A DNA stretch of 64,000 nucleotides from Planctomycetota bacterium (lineage in GTDB: Bacteria; Planctomycetota; PLA2), in the NCBI GenBank assembly GCA_027297745.1, contig JAPUHK010000024.1, positions 994-64,993 on the forward strand, given 5' to 3'. This document shows, piece after piece, positions 20,125-30,682 of this stretch (position 1 is its first letter; every line of letters begins with the position of its first letter). Both the position numbers and the translations under genes were made by a program. Under the pieces are notes generated by a model, which was not told the origin of the DNA, made no database searches, and saw only the letters and a program-made list of their open reading frames with translations.

Positions 20125-21065
20125 CGCAGCAAGCACCCTCACGCCCGGGCCGCCCGGCGCACATGGCGCCGCCGGAGCGCTTCGACCCCGAGCTCGAGCG
20201 CACGATCCTCGTGACCAAAGCGGAGTGGCTGATCGACTGGAGCCGCAAGTCCGCCCTCTGGCCGCTCGGCTTCGGTCTCGCCTGCTGCGCGATCGAGATG
20301 ATCTCGACCGCTATGACGCGCTTCGACATCTCGCGTTTCGGCGCCGAGGTGTTCCGCGCCACGCCGCGTCAGGCCGACGTGATGATCGTGGCCGGCACGG
20401 TCACCCACAAGATGGCGCCCCGCGTGCGCCGGCTCTACGACCAGATGTCGGAGCCCAAGTGGGTGATCGCGATGGGCGCCTGCACCGTGGGCGGCGGGCC
20501 CTACTTCGTCTACGGCTACCACGTCGTGAAGGGCGTGGACAAGATCGTCCCCGTCGACATCTACCTGCCCGGCTGCCCGCCGCGCCCGGAAGCCCTGCTC
20601 GAGGCCATCATGCGCCTGCAGGAGCTGGTGCTCTCGCGCAGCAAGCGCATCCAGGGCAAGGATCCGCAGTACACGCCCCCCGAGCCCGGCTCGCGGCAGG
20701 CGGTAGCGGACAACGTCTCGCCCGCCGAGCCGTGGGAGACCGAGAAGGCGCACAAGTTCGACGACCCGAAGCGCGAGCGCGAGGCCCAGGTGCAGGCCGC
20801 GAAGGCGGAAGTCGCCAAGAAGCGCGCCGAGGCTGCTAAGAAGAAGGCCGAGGCCGAGGCCGCCGAGACCGAAGGGGCGCCGAAGCCGGAGGCAAAGGCG
20901 GCCGAAGAGCCCGCAGCGCCCCCGGCGCAACCGGCACCCGCCGAAGAGGGGCCTGCCGCCGAAGCGCCTCCCGCGGCAGAGCCGCAAGGGGAGCGCGAAG
21001 GCGACGCTCCCGAGCAGCCTGATGTGGGGGCCGGCGGCGACGAAGGAAAGGGCGCAGGCGAATGA
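20121..21065 (+). CDS. nuoB: NADH-quinone oxidoreductase subunit B with a roughly 130-aa Ala/Glu/Lys/Pro-rich C-terminal extension.
   Basis: [14 protein letters not shown] and PGCPP motifs. ATGA overlap with nuoA. The tail reads [50 protein letters not shown]. Confidence 0.88.
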   Translation: MTQQAPSRPGRPAHMAPPERFDPELERTILVTKAEWLIDWSRKSALWPLGFGLACCAIEMISTAMTRFDISRFGAEVFRATPRQADVMIVAGTVTHKMAPRVRRLYDQMSEPKWVIAMGACTVGGGPYFVYGYHVVKGVDKIVPVDIYLPGCPPRPEALLEAIMRLQELVLSRSKRIQGKDPQYTPPEPGSRQAVADNVSPAEPWETEKAHKFDDPKREREAQVQAAKAEVAKKRAEAAKKKAEAEAAETEGAPKPEAKAAEEPAAPPAQPAPAEEGPAAEAPPAAEPQGEREGDAPEQPDVGAGGDEGKGAGE

Positions 21066-21547
21066 CCGTGGCCGAGGCTCTGAAGCAAGCGCTGGGCGAG
21101 GCCGTCGAGGAAGTCGTCGACGAGGGGCCGAACCCCTTCGTGCGCGTCAAGGCTCAGAGCATCGTCGAAGCCTCGCGCGTGCTCAAGGACCAGTGCGGCG
21201 TCGAGATGCTGCACCTGATCAGCGGCGTCGACTACGCCGACCGCATGGAGGTCGTCTACCACTTCGCGACGCTGGGCGCCGCGGGCTCGTCGGATTCCGG
21301 CGTCCCCGCGTCGTTCCCCTGCGTGAAGGTGACGCTGCCGCGCGACAACCCGGTCGTGCCCACGCTGAGCGGCGAGTGGCGCTCCGCCAACTGGATGGAG
21401 CGCGAGACCTGGGACCTGCTCGGCATCCGCTTCGAAGGCCACCCGCATCACTACCGCATCCTTTGCCCCGAGGACTGGGTGGGGCACCCGCTGCGCAAGG
21501 ACTACGTGTTCCCCACCGAGTACCACGGGATCGACTGCACGGAATGA
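21062..21547 (+). CDS. nuoC: NADH-quinone oxidoreductase subunit C (30-kDa subunit).
   Basis: [17 protein letters not shown] motif. ATGA overlaps at both ends. Confidence 0.88.
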   Translation: MTVAEALKQALGEAVEEVVDEGPNPFVRVKAQSIVEASRVLKDQCGVEMLHLISGVDYADRMEVVYHFATLGAAGSSDSGVPASFPCVKVTLPRDNPVVPTLSGEWRSANWMERETWDLLGIRFEGHPHHYRILCPEDWVGHPLRKDYVFPTEYHGIDCTE

Positions 21548-22716
21548 CCCCTGACATCAAGATCGACCACGACGAGCGGGCGGCTCCGGCGATCCCGCGC
21601 GACGTCCAGACCGAGGAGATGATCTTCAACCTCGGTCCCCAGCACCCGGCTACGCACGGCGTGCTGCGCGTGGTCGTGCGTACCGACGGCGAGATCGTGC
21701 TCGGTTGCCAGCCGCTGATCGGCAACCTGCACCGCTGCGCCGAGAAGATCATCGAGTCGCTCAGCTACGTGCAGGGCCTGCCCTACGTGGACCGCATGGA
21801 CTACCTGGGCTCGCTCAACAACGAGCTGGGCATCGCGCTGGTGGTGGAGAAGGCGGCGGGCATCGAGGTGCCCAAGCGCGGCCAGTACCTGCGCGTGATC
21901 ACCTGCGAGATCAACCGCGTCATCAGCCACCTGTTCAGCGCCGGGCAGTTCGGCCTCGACATGGGCGCTTTCACGCCCTTCCTGTACATGTTTCGCGAGC
22001 GGGAGGAGGGCATCCTGCTGCTCAACGAGATCACGGGCGGCCGGCTCCTGTACCACTACATCCGCTACGGGGGCGTCACGCGCGACGCGCCGGAGGGCTG
22101 GCTCGGGCGGGTCGTGAAGTGGTGCGACGTGGTCGACGGGCACCTCGACGAATACAACAACCTGCTCACGTACAACCGCATTTTCCTGAACCGCACCTGC
22201 GGCGTGGCCCTGTTGCAGAAGGATGTTTGTCTGAAATACGCCGCCACGGGGCCGATCCTGCGCGGCGCGGGCATAAAGCGCGATCTGCGCAAGGACATGC
22301 CCTACTCGAGCTACGAGGACTTCGACTTCGAGATCCCCGTGGGGCCCTTCGAGCACGGCGTGGCCGGCGACAGCTGGAACCGGCACCGCCAGCGGCTGTA
22401 CGAGATCGAGGAGAGCCTGAAGATCATCCGCCAGGCGTGCGCGAACCTCCCCGACGGCGACGTCGGCAACCGCAAGGTGACGCGCGCCTGGAAGGCGCCC
22501 CCGGGTGAGGCCTACGTGGCCACGGAAGCGCCGCGCGGCGAGCTGTCGTTCTATTTCATCTCCGACGGCGGCCGGAAACCGTACCGCATGAAGGCGCGCG
22601 GGCCGTCCTTCAACAACATCGCCGTTCTGGAGACGGAGGCGCGCGGCCTGATGCTGGCCGACCTGATCGCGCTGATCGGATCGGTCGACATCACGCTGGG
22701 GGAGGTGGACCGGTGA
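21544..22716 (+). CDS. nuoD: NADH-quinone oxidoreductase subunit D (49-kDa subunit).
   Basis: [14 protein letters not shown] and C-terminal RSYDPC-like region. 390 aa. Only the 3' part of the 564-aa track ORF is coding. Confidence 0.9.
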   Translation: MTPDIKIDHDERAAPAIPRDVQTEEMIFNLGPQHPATHGVLRVVVRTDGEIVLGCQPLIGNLHRCAEKIIESLSYVQGLPYVDRMDYLGSLNNELGIALVVEKAAGIEVPKRGQYLRVITCEINRVISHLFSAGQFGLDMGAFTPFLYMFREREEGILLLNEITGGRLLYHYIRYGGVTRDAPEGWLGRVVKWCDVVDGHLDEYNNLLTYNRIFLNRTCGVALLQKDVCLKYAATGPILRGAGIKRDLRKDMPYSSYEDFDFEIPVGPFEHGVAGDSWNRHRQRLYEIEESLKIIRQACANLPDGDVGNRKVTRAWKAPPGEAYVATEAPRGELSFYFISDGGRKPYRMKARGPSFNNIAVLETEARGLMLADLIALIGSVDITLGEVDR

Positions 22717-23813
22717 TCGCCGCGGCGCAGCCGGTCAGCACCGCCATCGCGGACTTCCTCGCGGAACTGGTCGGCATGCCGCCCAACTGGTTCTTCAGCG
22801 CGATCGCCATGCTGCTCGTGGCGACGGGGGTGCTGATGCTGGTGGTCACGCCCGTGGGGCTTGGCGGCGTGTACATCGAGCGCAAGTTCGCCGGGCGCAT
22901 GCAGAACCGCCGCGGCCCGAACCGTGTCGGTCCTTACGGGCTGCTGCAGACGCTGGCCGACGGCGTGAAGCTGCTGGCCAAAGAGGACATCATCGCGCCG
23001 AGCACGGATGCGCCGCTGTTCCGGCTGGCGCCCTACGTGGTGTTCATCGGCGCCTTCACCGGGTTCGTGGTGCTGCCGTACGCGCCGGGCATCGTGGCCG
23101 GGCCGCTGGACGTCGGCGTGCTCCTCTTCCTGGCGTTGATCGCCTTCGAGACGATCGGCATCGTCATGGCGGGCTGGTCCAGCAACAACAAGTGGAGCCT
23201 GCTCGGCGGCATGCGCGAGGTGGCGCAGGTCGTCAGTTACGAGTTGCCGCTCGGCATCGCCGCCATGTGCCCCGTGATCGCGGCCGGCACGATGTCCTTG
23301 AACGGCATCACGGATTACCAGGGCGGCGGCGGCATCTTCGGCTGGCTGATCCTGCGTAACGGGTACTGGGCTGTGGTGATGGTCCCGGCCTTCCTGATCT
23401 TCTATGTCTCCGGCCTGGCCGCCGCCAAGCGCGCGCCCTTCGACCTTCCGGAGGCGGAGTCGGAGCTGGTCGCCGGCTTCCACACCGAGTACTCGGGCAT
23501 GCGCTTCGGCATGTTCTTCCTGCCCGAGTACGCGCTGATGCTGTCCATATCGGGTGTGACCAGCGTGCTGTTCCTCGGCGGCTATCACGATCCCTTCGGG
23601 CTGAGCGGCCCCGGCGGCACGTTCCACGACGTGTGGTGGTGGGGCCTTCTGTGGTTCTTCCTGAAGACCACGTTCCTGTTCCTGAGTCAGATCTGCCTGC
23701 GTTGGACGCTGCCGCGCATGCGCATCGACCAGGTTATGTACCTCTGCTACAAGGTGCTGCTTCCCGCAAGCCTGGCGTGCCTGGTCGGGACCGCAGCGCT
23801 GAGGTTGCTGTAG
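22713..23813 (+). CDS. nuoH: NADH-quinone oxidoreductase subunit H. It directly follows nuoD; no nuoE, nuoF or nuoG is present.
   Basis: Polytopic. Conserved RKFAGRMQNRRGPNRVGPYGLLQ and EYSGMRFG motifs. Confidence 0.9.
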   Translation: MIAAAQPVSTAIADFLAELVGMPPNWFFSAIAMLLVATGVLMLVVTPVGLGGVYIERKFAGRMQNRRGPNRVGPYGLLQTLADGVKLLAKEDIIAPSTDAPLFRLAPYVVFIGAFTGFVVLPYAPGIVAGPLDVGVLLFLALIAFETIGIVMAGWSSNNKWSLLGGMREVAQVVSYELPLGIAAMCPVIAAGTMSLNGITDYQGGGGIFGWLILRNGYWAVVMVPAFLIFYVSGLAAAKRAPFDLPEAESELVAGFHTEYSGMRFGMFFLPEYALMLSISGVTSVLFLGGYHDPFGLSGPGGTFHDVWWWGLLWFFLKTTFLFLSQICLRWTLPRMRIDQVMYLCYKVLLPASLACLVGTAALRLL

Positions 23814-23815
23814 TC

Positions 23816-24283
23816 ATGAAAAACTGGTTCGCACGCATCTGGCACGGTCTCAAGACGACGCTGATCGGGCTGAGCATCACGGTGCCCTACCTGTTCCGCA
23901 AGCCCTACACGCTGCAGTACCCCGAAGAGGTGCCCGACATCCCGGAGACGGAGCGCGGGCTGCACAACTTCGAGATCGACAAGTGCATCGCGTGCTACCA
24001 GTGCGCCAAGATCTGCCCCGTCGACTGCATCGCGATCGAGGACGAGATCAAGGGCAAGAACGCGGTACTGCTCAAGTTCGAGATCGACTACACGAAGTGC
24101 CTGTTCTGCGCGCTGTGCTGCGAGCCCTGCCCGACGGAGTGCATCCTCATGGGGCCCACGTTCGACCTCGTCGGCTACACGCGGGACGAGGTGATCATCG
24201 ACTACGCGGATCGCGAGAATCCGCGCACCTGGAGCGCGGGGGAGCAGATCCCCTATCCGATCGCGTCGTTCGCGAGGAAGTGA
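23816..24283 (+). CDS. nuoI: NADH-quinone oxidoreductase subunit I (2x[4Fe-4S]).
   Basis: CIACYQCAKICP and CLFCALCCEPCP ferredoxin motifs. Confidence 0.9.
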   Translation: MKNWFARIWHGLKTTLIGLSITVPYLFRKPYTLQYPEEVPDIPETERGLHNFEIDKCIACYQCAKICPVDCIAIEDEIKGKNAVLLKFEIDYTKCLFCALCCEPCPTECILMGPTFDLVGYTRDEVIIDYADRENPRTWSAGEQIPYPIASFARK

Positions 24284-24287
24284 TCCG

Positions 24288-24785
24288 ATGAGCCCGGAGC
24301 CGCTTCTCTTCTGGATCTTCGCCTCCGTGTGCGTCGTCGGCGGCCTCATGGCCGTGCTGCTGCCGCGCATCGTGCACGCCGTCTTCAGCCTGTTCCTGTG
24401 CTTCTGTGGCGTGGCCGCGATCTACGCGGTGGCGGGCGCCGACTTCCTGGCCGTCGCGCAGCTCGTGATCTACGTCGGCGGCGTGATCATCCTGTTCAGC
24501 TTCGGCATCCTGCTCACGGGCCGCACGGCGACCTCGCTGGGCCCGAAGGAGGTGCGCAACCGCCCGTTCGGCGTGGCGCTGGGCGCGGCGCTGTTCCTCG
24601 GGCTCATGTCCGCCATCTCCGCCGGCGGCTTCAAGGTGGGCACAGCGGACGTCGGCGAGCCCACGACCGAGAGCATCGGCAAGCTGTTGCTCGGCGACTA
24701 CATCATCGCCTTCGAGTTCGCCTCGGTGTTGCTGCTCGTGGCGCTGGTGGGGGCCGCCTTCCTGGTGCGGAGGACGCAGACGTGA
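24288..24785 (+). CDS. nuoJ: NADH-quinone oxidoreductase subunit J.
   Basis: 165 aa. Five TM helices. Position in the operon. Confidence 0.8.
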   Translation: MSPEPLLFWIFASVCVVGGLMAVLLPRIVHAVFSLFLCFCGVAAIYAVAGADFLAVAQLVIYVGGVIILFSFGILLTGRTATSLGPKEVRNRPFGVALGAALFLGLMSAISAGGFKVGTADVGEPTTESIGKLLLGDYIIAFEFASVLLLVALVGAAFLVRRTQT

Positions 24786-25087
24786 GCATCAGTCTCTACC
24801 ACTACCTCGGCCTCGGCGCAGCGCTGTTCGCGATCGGCGTGATCGGCGTGGTCACGCGCCGCAACGCGATCGGCCTGCTGATCGGCGTCGAGCTGATCCT
24901 CAACGCCGCCAACATCAACCTGGTCGGCTTCAGCCGTTTCAGCGGAAAGCTGGAGCCCCAGGTCTTCGCCCTGTTCGTCATCGTCCTGGCCGCCGCGGAG
25001 GCGGCTGTGGCCCTGGCCATCGTTCTGCAGCTGTTCGACAAGCGCAAGGACGTGGACGTGGACCGCGCCAGCGCGCTCAAGGGGTGA
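24782..25087 (+). CDS. nuoK: NADH-quinone oxidoreductase subunit K.
   Basis: GTG start overlapping the nuoJ stop codon (GTGA). About 100 aa with three TM helices. Conserved GVELILNAANINL. Confidence 0.82.
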   Translation: MSISLYHYLGLGAALFAIGVIGVVTRRNAIGLLIGVELILNAANINLVGFSRFSGKLEPQVFALFVIVLAAAEAAVALAIVLQLFDKRKDVDVDRASALKG

Positions 25088-25097
25088 CGCCGAAGTC

Positions 25098-27056
25098 ATG
25101 ATGCACGCCCTTCCCTCCTACGCCGTCTGGATCGTGCTGGCGCCCGCGCTGGCCGCGCTCTTGCAGAACTTTTGCGGCAAGCTGCTGCCGCGCAAGGGCG
25201 ACTGGCTCGTCGTGGGCGGCATGGGCGTCTCGCTCGCGCTGTCGCTGATGGTGCTGATGGAGTGGAGGGCCCTCGATCCGGGCCACTACTTCGAAGGCAG
25301 CGTCACCTGGTTCCAGTTGACGGGCGGCATCTCGTTCTCCGTCGGCATCGTGATCGACGGCCTGACCGCGGCCATGCTGATCGTGGTCACGCTGGTCTCG
25401 CTGCTCGTGTTCGTGTTCTCGATGGGCTACATGAAGGGCGACCGGCACTACGACCGCTTCTTCTTCTGGCTCTCGTTCTTCAGCACCTCGATGCTGATCC
25501 TGGTGGTGGCCGACAACCTGCTGCTGCTGTTCGTCGGCTGGGAGCTGGTGGGGCTTTGCAGCTACAAGCTGATCGGCTTCTGGGGCCAGGACCTGGCCAA
25601 CGCGGAGGCGGCCAAGAAGGCCTTCATCACCACCCGCGTGGGCGACGTCGGGATGCTGATCGGCATCCTCATGATGTACAAGGCCTGCGGCACGCTCTCG
25701 TTGCAGGGCGTGTTCGCGCAGGTGCAGGCCGGAGCGATCCAGGGCAGCGCGCTGACCTGGGCCGGCATCGCGCTGTTCCTCGGCGCGGTCGGCAAGTCGG
25801 CGCAGTTCCCGCTGCACGTCTGGCTGCCGGACGCCATGGCGGGCCCGACGCCTGTCAGCGCGCTGATCCACGCGGCCACGATGGTGGCGGCGGGGGTCTA
25901 CTTCGCGGCGCGCATGTTCCCGATCTTCACGCCGCAGGCGCTGTACTTCATCGCCTGGACGGGCGGTGTGACCGCGCTGCTGGCGGCGCTCATCGCGGTC
26001 ACGCAGACGGACATAAAGAAGGTGCTGGCCTACTCCACGATCAGCCAGCTCGGCTACATGATCCTCGGCGTCGGCGTGGGCGCTCCGTGGGCGGCCATGT
26101 TCCACCTGTGCACGCACGCCATGTTCAAGGCCTGCCTGTTCCTCGGCTCCGGCTCCGTGATCCACGCCATGCATCACACCCAGGAGCTCGAGGACATGGG
26201 CGGCCTGCGCAAGAAGATGCCGGTCACCTTCTGGACCTTCGTGGTCAGCACGCTCGCGCTGGCCGGCATCCCCTTGTTCAGCGGCTTCATGTCGAAGGAC
26301 GCAATCCTGTTCGAGGCGTTGCACAGCGGGCAGACGGCGCTGTTCGCGATCGGGCTCGGTGCCGCCTTCCTGACCGCTTTCTACATGACGCGCATGCTGT
26401 GGCTGTGCTTCATGGGCGAGCCGCGCAACCGGGAGAAGCACGACCACGCGCACGAGTCGCCCGTGAGCATGACGCTGCCGCTGGTCGTGCTGGCACTGCT
26501 CTCGATCGGGATCTTCTGGGGCGGGTTCGCGGACGACTATTTCACGACGCCCGCCTACCACGCGGACTACCCGCAGACGGCGGAGGTGGCGGCGGCTTAT
26601 GCGCCAGCGGGAGAGGTGCGCGCTCATCCACACCACCCGGTGTGGTTCCTGCTGCTGGCGAGCGCGATGGGTCTCGGCGGCATCGCGCTGGGCATCGCGC
26701 TGTTCCGCTCCGGCAAGCGGGACCAGGACACGGTGCTCTTGCCCGAAGGGCTGCACCGCACGGCGAAGAACAAGTACTACCTCGACGACCTCTACCTGGG
26801 CTGGGGCTTCGTCGGGCTCGGTGACACGCTCAGCCGTTGGAGCCGCGTGGCCGACGACCGCGCGGTCGACGGCGCGGTCAACGGTGTCGGCAGCGCGGGC
26901 GTGACCGTCGCCGAGATCAGCGGGGACGCGGACCAGGTCATCGTGGACGGCGCTGTCAACCTGGTCGCGGACGCCACGGACGCGGTAGGCGGCGTGGCCA
27001 GTAGCGCGCAGACGGGGCGCATTCGGAACTACCTGGGAGCAGCACGACGGTCGTGA
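25098..27056 (+). CDS. nuoL: NADH-quinone oxidoreductase subunit L (antiporter-like).
   Basis: 652 aa, polytopic. WLPDAMAGPTPVSALIHAATMVAAGVY motif. Confidence 0.9.
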   Translation: MMHALPSYAVWIVLAPALAALLQNFCGKLLPRKGDWLVVGGMGVSLALSLMVLMEWRALDPGHYFEGSVTWFQLTGGISFSVGIVIDGLTAAMLIVVTLVSLLVFVFSMGYMKGDRHYDRFFFWLSFFSTSMLILVVADNLLLLFVGWELVGLCSYKLIGFWGQDLANAEAAKKAFITTRVGDVGMLIGILMMYKACGTLSLQGVFAQVQAGAIQGSALTWAGIALFLGAVGKSAQFPLHVWLPDAMAGPTPVSALIHAATMVAAGVYFAARMFPIFTPQALYFIAWTGGVTALLAALIAVTQTDIKKVLAYSTISQLGYMILGVGVGAPWAAMFHLCTHAMFKACLFLGSGSVIHAMHHTQELEDMGGLRKKMPVTFWTFVVSTLALAGIPLFSGFMSKDAILFEALHSGQTALFAIGLGAAFLTAFYMTRMLWLCFMGEPRNREKHDHAHESPVSMTLPLVVLALLSIGIFWGGFADDYFTTPAYHADYPQTAEVAAAYAPAGEVRAHPHHPVWFLLLASAMGLGGIALGIALFRSGKRDQDTVLLPEGLHRTAKNKYYLDDLYLGWGFVGLGDTLSRWSRVADDRAVDGAVNGVGSAGVTVAEISGDADQVIVDGAVNLVADATDAVGGVASSAQTGRIRNYLGAARRS

Positions 27057-27073
27057 TTCTGCTTTAGGAAACG

Positions 27074-28624
27074 ATGAACGAACTCACGTATGCGATCTTC
27101 CTCCCGCTGGTCGGGATGCTGGCGGTGCTCTTGACCAACAAGGAGAAGCCGCAGCAGGCGCGCGTGGTCGGCTTCCTGTTCACGCTCGTCACCTTCGGGC
27201 TGTGCACCCTGGTGGCGCTGCAGTGCTTCAACGCGGGCGACGTGGACGGCTACCACTACCGCGTCCAGGCAGTGTGGATCGACCTCGGCGGCAGCTTCCA
27301 GGTGCACTACTCGATCGGCGTGGACGGCCTCAGCGGCATGCTGATCTTCCTGACGGGGCTGCTGGGCGTGTGCGCCGCGCTGGCGTCGTGGAACATCAAG
27401 CAGGGCACGCGCGGCTACTGGGCCATGTTCCTGCTCTTGCACACGGGCGTGATCGGCACCTTCGCCTCGCTGGACCTGTTCCTGTTCTACGTCTTCTGGG
27501 AGATCGTGCTCCTGCCGATGTACTTCCTGATCGGCGTGTGGGGCGGCCCGCGGCGCAGGTACGCGGCGATCAAGTTCTTCCTGTACACGCTGTTCGGCTC
27601 GGTCTTCCTGCTGGCCGGCATCCTGGTCACCTACTTCGCGCTGACGGCCACGGGGTCCGGCTTCGCCGGCAACCCATTCAGCATTCCAGAGATCACGGCC
27701 TACGCGAGGGTGACGGACAACATCATGGCGCCCTTCGGCGAGAGCGCGCACACGATCGCGACGCTCGTGTTCTGGGGCCTGTTCGTCGCCTTCGCGATCA
27801 AGGTGCCAGTCTTCCCGTTCCACACGTGGTTGCCGGACGCCCACGTCGAGGCGCCGACGCCCATCTCCGTGATCCTGGCGGGCATCCTGCTGAAGCTCGG
27901 CGCGTACGGCATGCTGCGCATCGGGTTCCCGTTCTTCCCAAAGATCTTGCACGAGATGGCCTTCTATCTCGGCGTGCTGGGAATGATCAACATCATCTAC
28001 GGCGCGCTGGTGGCCATGGCGCAGACCGACTTCAAGCGGCTCGTGGCCTACTCGTCGGTCTCGCACATGGGCTTCGTCATCCTCGGCTTCGCCGCGATGA
28101 CGCCGGAATCGCTGAACGGCGCGATCCTGATGATGTTCAACCACGGCACGATCAGCGGCCTGTTGTTCCTGGTGGTGGGCGTCGTGTACGACCGCGCGCA
28201 TCACCGCGACCTGGGACGTTTCGGCGGGCTGATGTGGAACATGCCGATCTACGCCGCAATCAGCGGCGTGGCAATCTTCGCCTCGCTCGGCCTGCCCGGC
28301 TTGAGCGGTTTCATCGGCGAGATACTGACCCTCCTCGGGTCCTTCAAGACGACCTTCTACGAGCACGCCGGCCTGATCACGGTCGTGTGCACGATCGGCC
28401 TGGTGTTGACCGCGGCCTACTACCTGCGGGCGCTGCAGCGCGTCTTTTTGGGCGAGACCAACCCTGAGTGCGAGTCGTTCCCCGACGTCGACACGCGCGA
28501 GATCGGCTCGATGGTGCCGCTCCTGGTGCCGACGATCGTCTTCGGCATCTATCCCGCGCCGCTGATCGACCTGATCCAGGGTCCCGTGAGTAGCCTCGTG
28601 CTGATGGTGAAGAGTCTGGGCTGA
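27074..28624 (+). CDS. nuoM: NADH-quinone oxidoreductase subunit M.
   Basis: 516 aa. WLPDAHVEAPTPISVILAGILLKLGAYG motif. Confidence 0.9.
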   Translation: MNELTYAIFLPLVGMLAVLLTNKEKPQQARVVGFLFTLVTFGLCTLVALQCFNAGDVDGYHYRVQAVWIDLGGSFQVHYSIGVDGLSGMLIFLTGLLGVCAALASWNIKQGTRGYWAMFLLLHTGVIGTFASLDLFLFYVFWEIVLLPMYFLIGVWGGPRRRYAAIKFFLYTLFGSVFLLAGILVTYFALTATGSGFAGNPFSIPEITAYARVTDNIMAPFGESAHTIATLVFWGLFVAFAIKVPVFPFHTWLPDAHVEAPTPISVILAGILLKLGAYGMLRIGFPFFPKILHEMAFYLGVLGMINIIYGALVAMAQTDFKRLVAYSSVSHMGFVILGFAAMTPESLNGAILMMFNHGTISGLLFLVVGVVYDRAHHRDLGRFGGLMWNMPIYAAISGVAIFASLGLPGLSGFIGEILTLLGSFKTTFYEHAGLITVVCTIGLVLTAAYYLRALQRVFLGETNPECESFPDVDTREIGSMVPLLVPTIVFGIYPAPLIDLIQGPVSSLVLMVKSLG

Positions 28625-30183
28625 TGCTGCTGGGTGCGGAAGCCTTTATCCCCGACGTCTCGGCGTTGTTCAGCCACTTCGGCGCGGAAGTCGTGCTGGC
28701 GTTGGGGATCCCCTTGCTCCTCGTGGCGGACCTGTTCACCCGCCGCAACAAGGAGTCGGTCACCGGCGCTCTCTCGCTGGTGCTGTTGACCGTCGCCCTC
28801 GTGCTCGGGCTCTGGCAGGACTCCTCCAGCAGCGTCGGTCTGACGAGCCTCTTGCGCGCGGACGGGCTGGCCAAGGGCTTCCGCGTGATCGCGCTGGCCA
28901 GCGGCGTGATCACCGCGGTGGCAGCACTGCGCGGCGGTGACGCGGTGCGCCACCGGACGGAGTTCTTCGTGCTCCTGATGGGGGCCGTACTCGGCGCCTG
29001 CCTCACGGCGGCCGCGAACGAGATGGCCATGCTGTACCTCGCGATCGAGACGCTGTCGATCGCCGGGTACCTGCTGGCCGGCTTCAAGCGGCGCGATCCG
29101 CAGGGCTCGGAGGCCGCGCTGAAGTACATCATCTTCGGCGCCATCTCCTCCGGCATGATGCTGTACGGCCTGACCTTGCTGTACGGCTTCGGCGGGACGA
29201 GCCTCTTGACCACGCCGCCGGGCGCCCCTGAAGGCACCGTTTCGCTGCAGTCCTATCTGCAAGAGAACGCCTCGGCGCTCGCCATGAAGCCCGCCTTCAT
29301 CGCCGCCGTGGTGCTGGTGTTCGCGGGCCTGGCCTACAAGATCGCCGCGGCGCCGTTCCATTTCTGGTGCCCCGACGTCTACCAGGGCGCGCCCACCTCG
29401 GTGGCGGGTTTCCTGGCCGTTGCCGGAAAGGGCGCCGGGCTGGCCGCCTTCATCCGCATCGTGCAGGCCGTCACCGGCGGCGCCGGCGACCACATCACGG
29501 ACCTCTTGGCCAGGCACAACGACGTGATCCGCACGGTGCTGATCGGCATGTCGATCGCGACCATGACGATCGGGAACGTAGCCGCGCTGCGCCAGCGCAA
29601 CGCCAAGCGGATTCTGGCCTACAGCGCCATCGCGCACGCGGGCTACATCCTGATGGGTCTCACGGTCACCAGCCGCGCGGGCGCGACGGCCATGCTCTTC
29701 TACATGGGCGTCTACGTGTTCATGACGTTCGGCGCCTTCTTCATGGTGGCGCTCGTGGAGCGCGAAAAGGGTAGCTGCGACCTGTCGGCCTTCGAGGGGC
29801 TCGGGTTCCGTGCGCCCTTCTTCGCCGTGTCCTTCGCGATCGTGCTGATCAGCCTGACGGGCCTGCCGCCGACCGGCGGCTTTTGGGCCAAGGTGTTCCT
29901 GTTCGAGGGCGTGTTCAGCTACGGCGGCGCGCACTCCTCGAGCCTGTACCTGTGGTTCGGCGTGATCGGCCTGCTCAACGGGGTCATCTCGCTGGTCTAC
30001 TACGCCCGCTTCCTGAAGGCCATGTACCTGGCCGACCCGGAGCACAACACCGGCTCCGGGCTGGAGCTCGGCCTGGCGGACAAGAGCATGGTGTTCGCCA
30101 TGACGCTGCCGCAGCTGGTGCTCGGCGTGATGTTCGCTGGGCTCTACGAGACGGCGCAGCTTCTGGTCGTGGATCTCTTCTGA
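28624..30183 (+). CDS. nuoN: NADH-quinone oxidoreductase subunit N.
   Basis: 519 aa. WCPDVYQGAPTSVAGFLAVAGKGAG motif. TGATG overlap with nuoM. Confidence 0.88.
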   Translation: MLLGAEAFIPDVSALFSHFGAEVVLALGIPLLLVADLFTRRNKESVTGALSLVLLTVALVLGLWQDSSSSVGLTSLLRADGLAKGFRVIALASGVITAVAALRGGDAVRHRTEFFVLLMGAVLGACLTAAANEMAMLYLAIETLSIAGYLLAGFKRRDPQGSEAALKYIIFGAISSGMMLYGLTLLYGFGGTSLLTTPPGAPEGTVSLQSYLQENASALAMKPAFIAAVVLVFAGLAYKIAAAPFHFWCPDVYQGAPTSVAGFLAVAGKGAGLAAFIRIVQAVTGGAGDHITDLLARHNDVIRTVLIGMSIATMTIGNVAALRQRNAKRILAYSAIAHAGYILMGLTVTSRAGATAMLFYMGVYVFMTFGAFFMVALVEREKGSCDLSAFEGLGFRAPFFAVSFAIVLISLTGLPPTGGFWAKVFLFEGVFSYGGAHSSSLYLWFGVIGLLNGVISLVYYARFLKAMYLADPEHNTGSGLELGLADKSMVFAMTLPQLVLGVMFAGLYETAQLLVVDLF

Positions 30184-30674
30184 TGAATCGCGAGGCACGC
30201 ATCACCTACTTGAACCGCGTACTGGCGGCGACGTCGAACTCGCTCTTGCAGTACATCTCTGTGGCCACGCCGTACGTGCCGCCCGAGTGCGAGGACCAGA
30301 TGGAAGAGGTCACGCGCCTGATCGACGAGGAAGCGCAGCAGGTCGCGCGCATCGTGGATCTGATCGAGGAGCGCGACGGCGTGCCGTCGGCGGGCATCTT
30401 CCCGTTCTGGAACGTCGACCTGAACTACCTCGACTTCCGCTTCCTGGCGCGCTTCGCCGCACAGAAGCAGGGCGAGATCGTGGACGGGCTCGAGCGCGAC
30501 CTCGACAACCTGCGCGGCGACCCCGACGCCTTCACCGCGGTGGGGGAGATCCTGAAAGAGAAGCGCGCGCACCTCGACGTGCTGCGCTCGTTCGCCGGCA
30601 TGGATCAGCCGGAACCCGAAGCCGCCGCGGAAGAAGCTCCCGCCGAAGCGCCCGCCGAACCCGCAGGCGAGTAG
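30184..30674 (+). CDS. Hypothetical acidic protein co-transcribed with nuoN; possible accessory subunit.
   Basis: Its ATG immediately follows the nuoN stop codon (TGATG). 163 aa with no TM helix. The Pro/Ala/Glu tail resembles the NuoB tail. No family recognised. Confidence 0.5.
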
Positions 30675-30682
30675 CCGAGCTC

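Noticed and set aside
25077-30198. Long minus-strand ORFs 25077-26756, 27029-28366 and 28549-30198
   Set aside because: Antisense to nuoL, nuoM and nuoN, whose plus-strand products carry unmistakable antiporter-subunit motifs.
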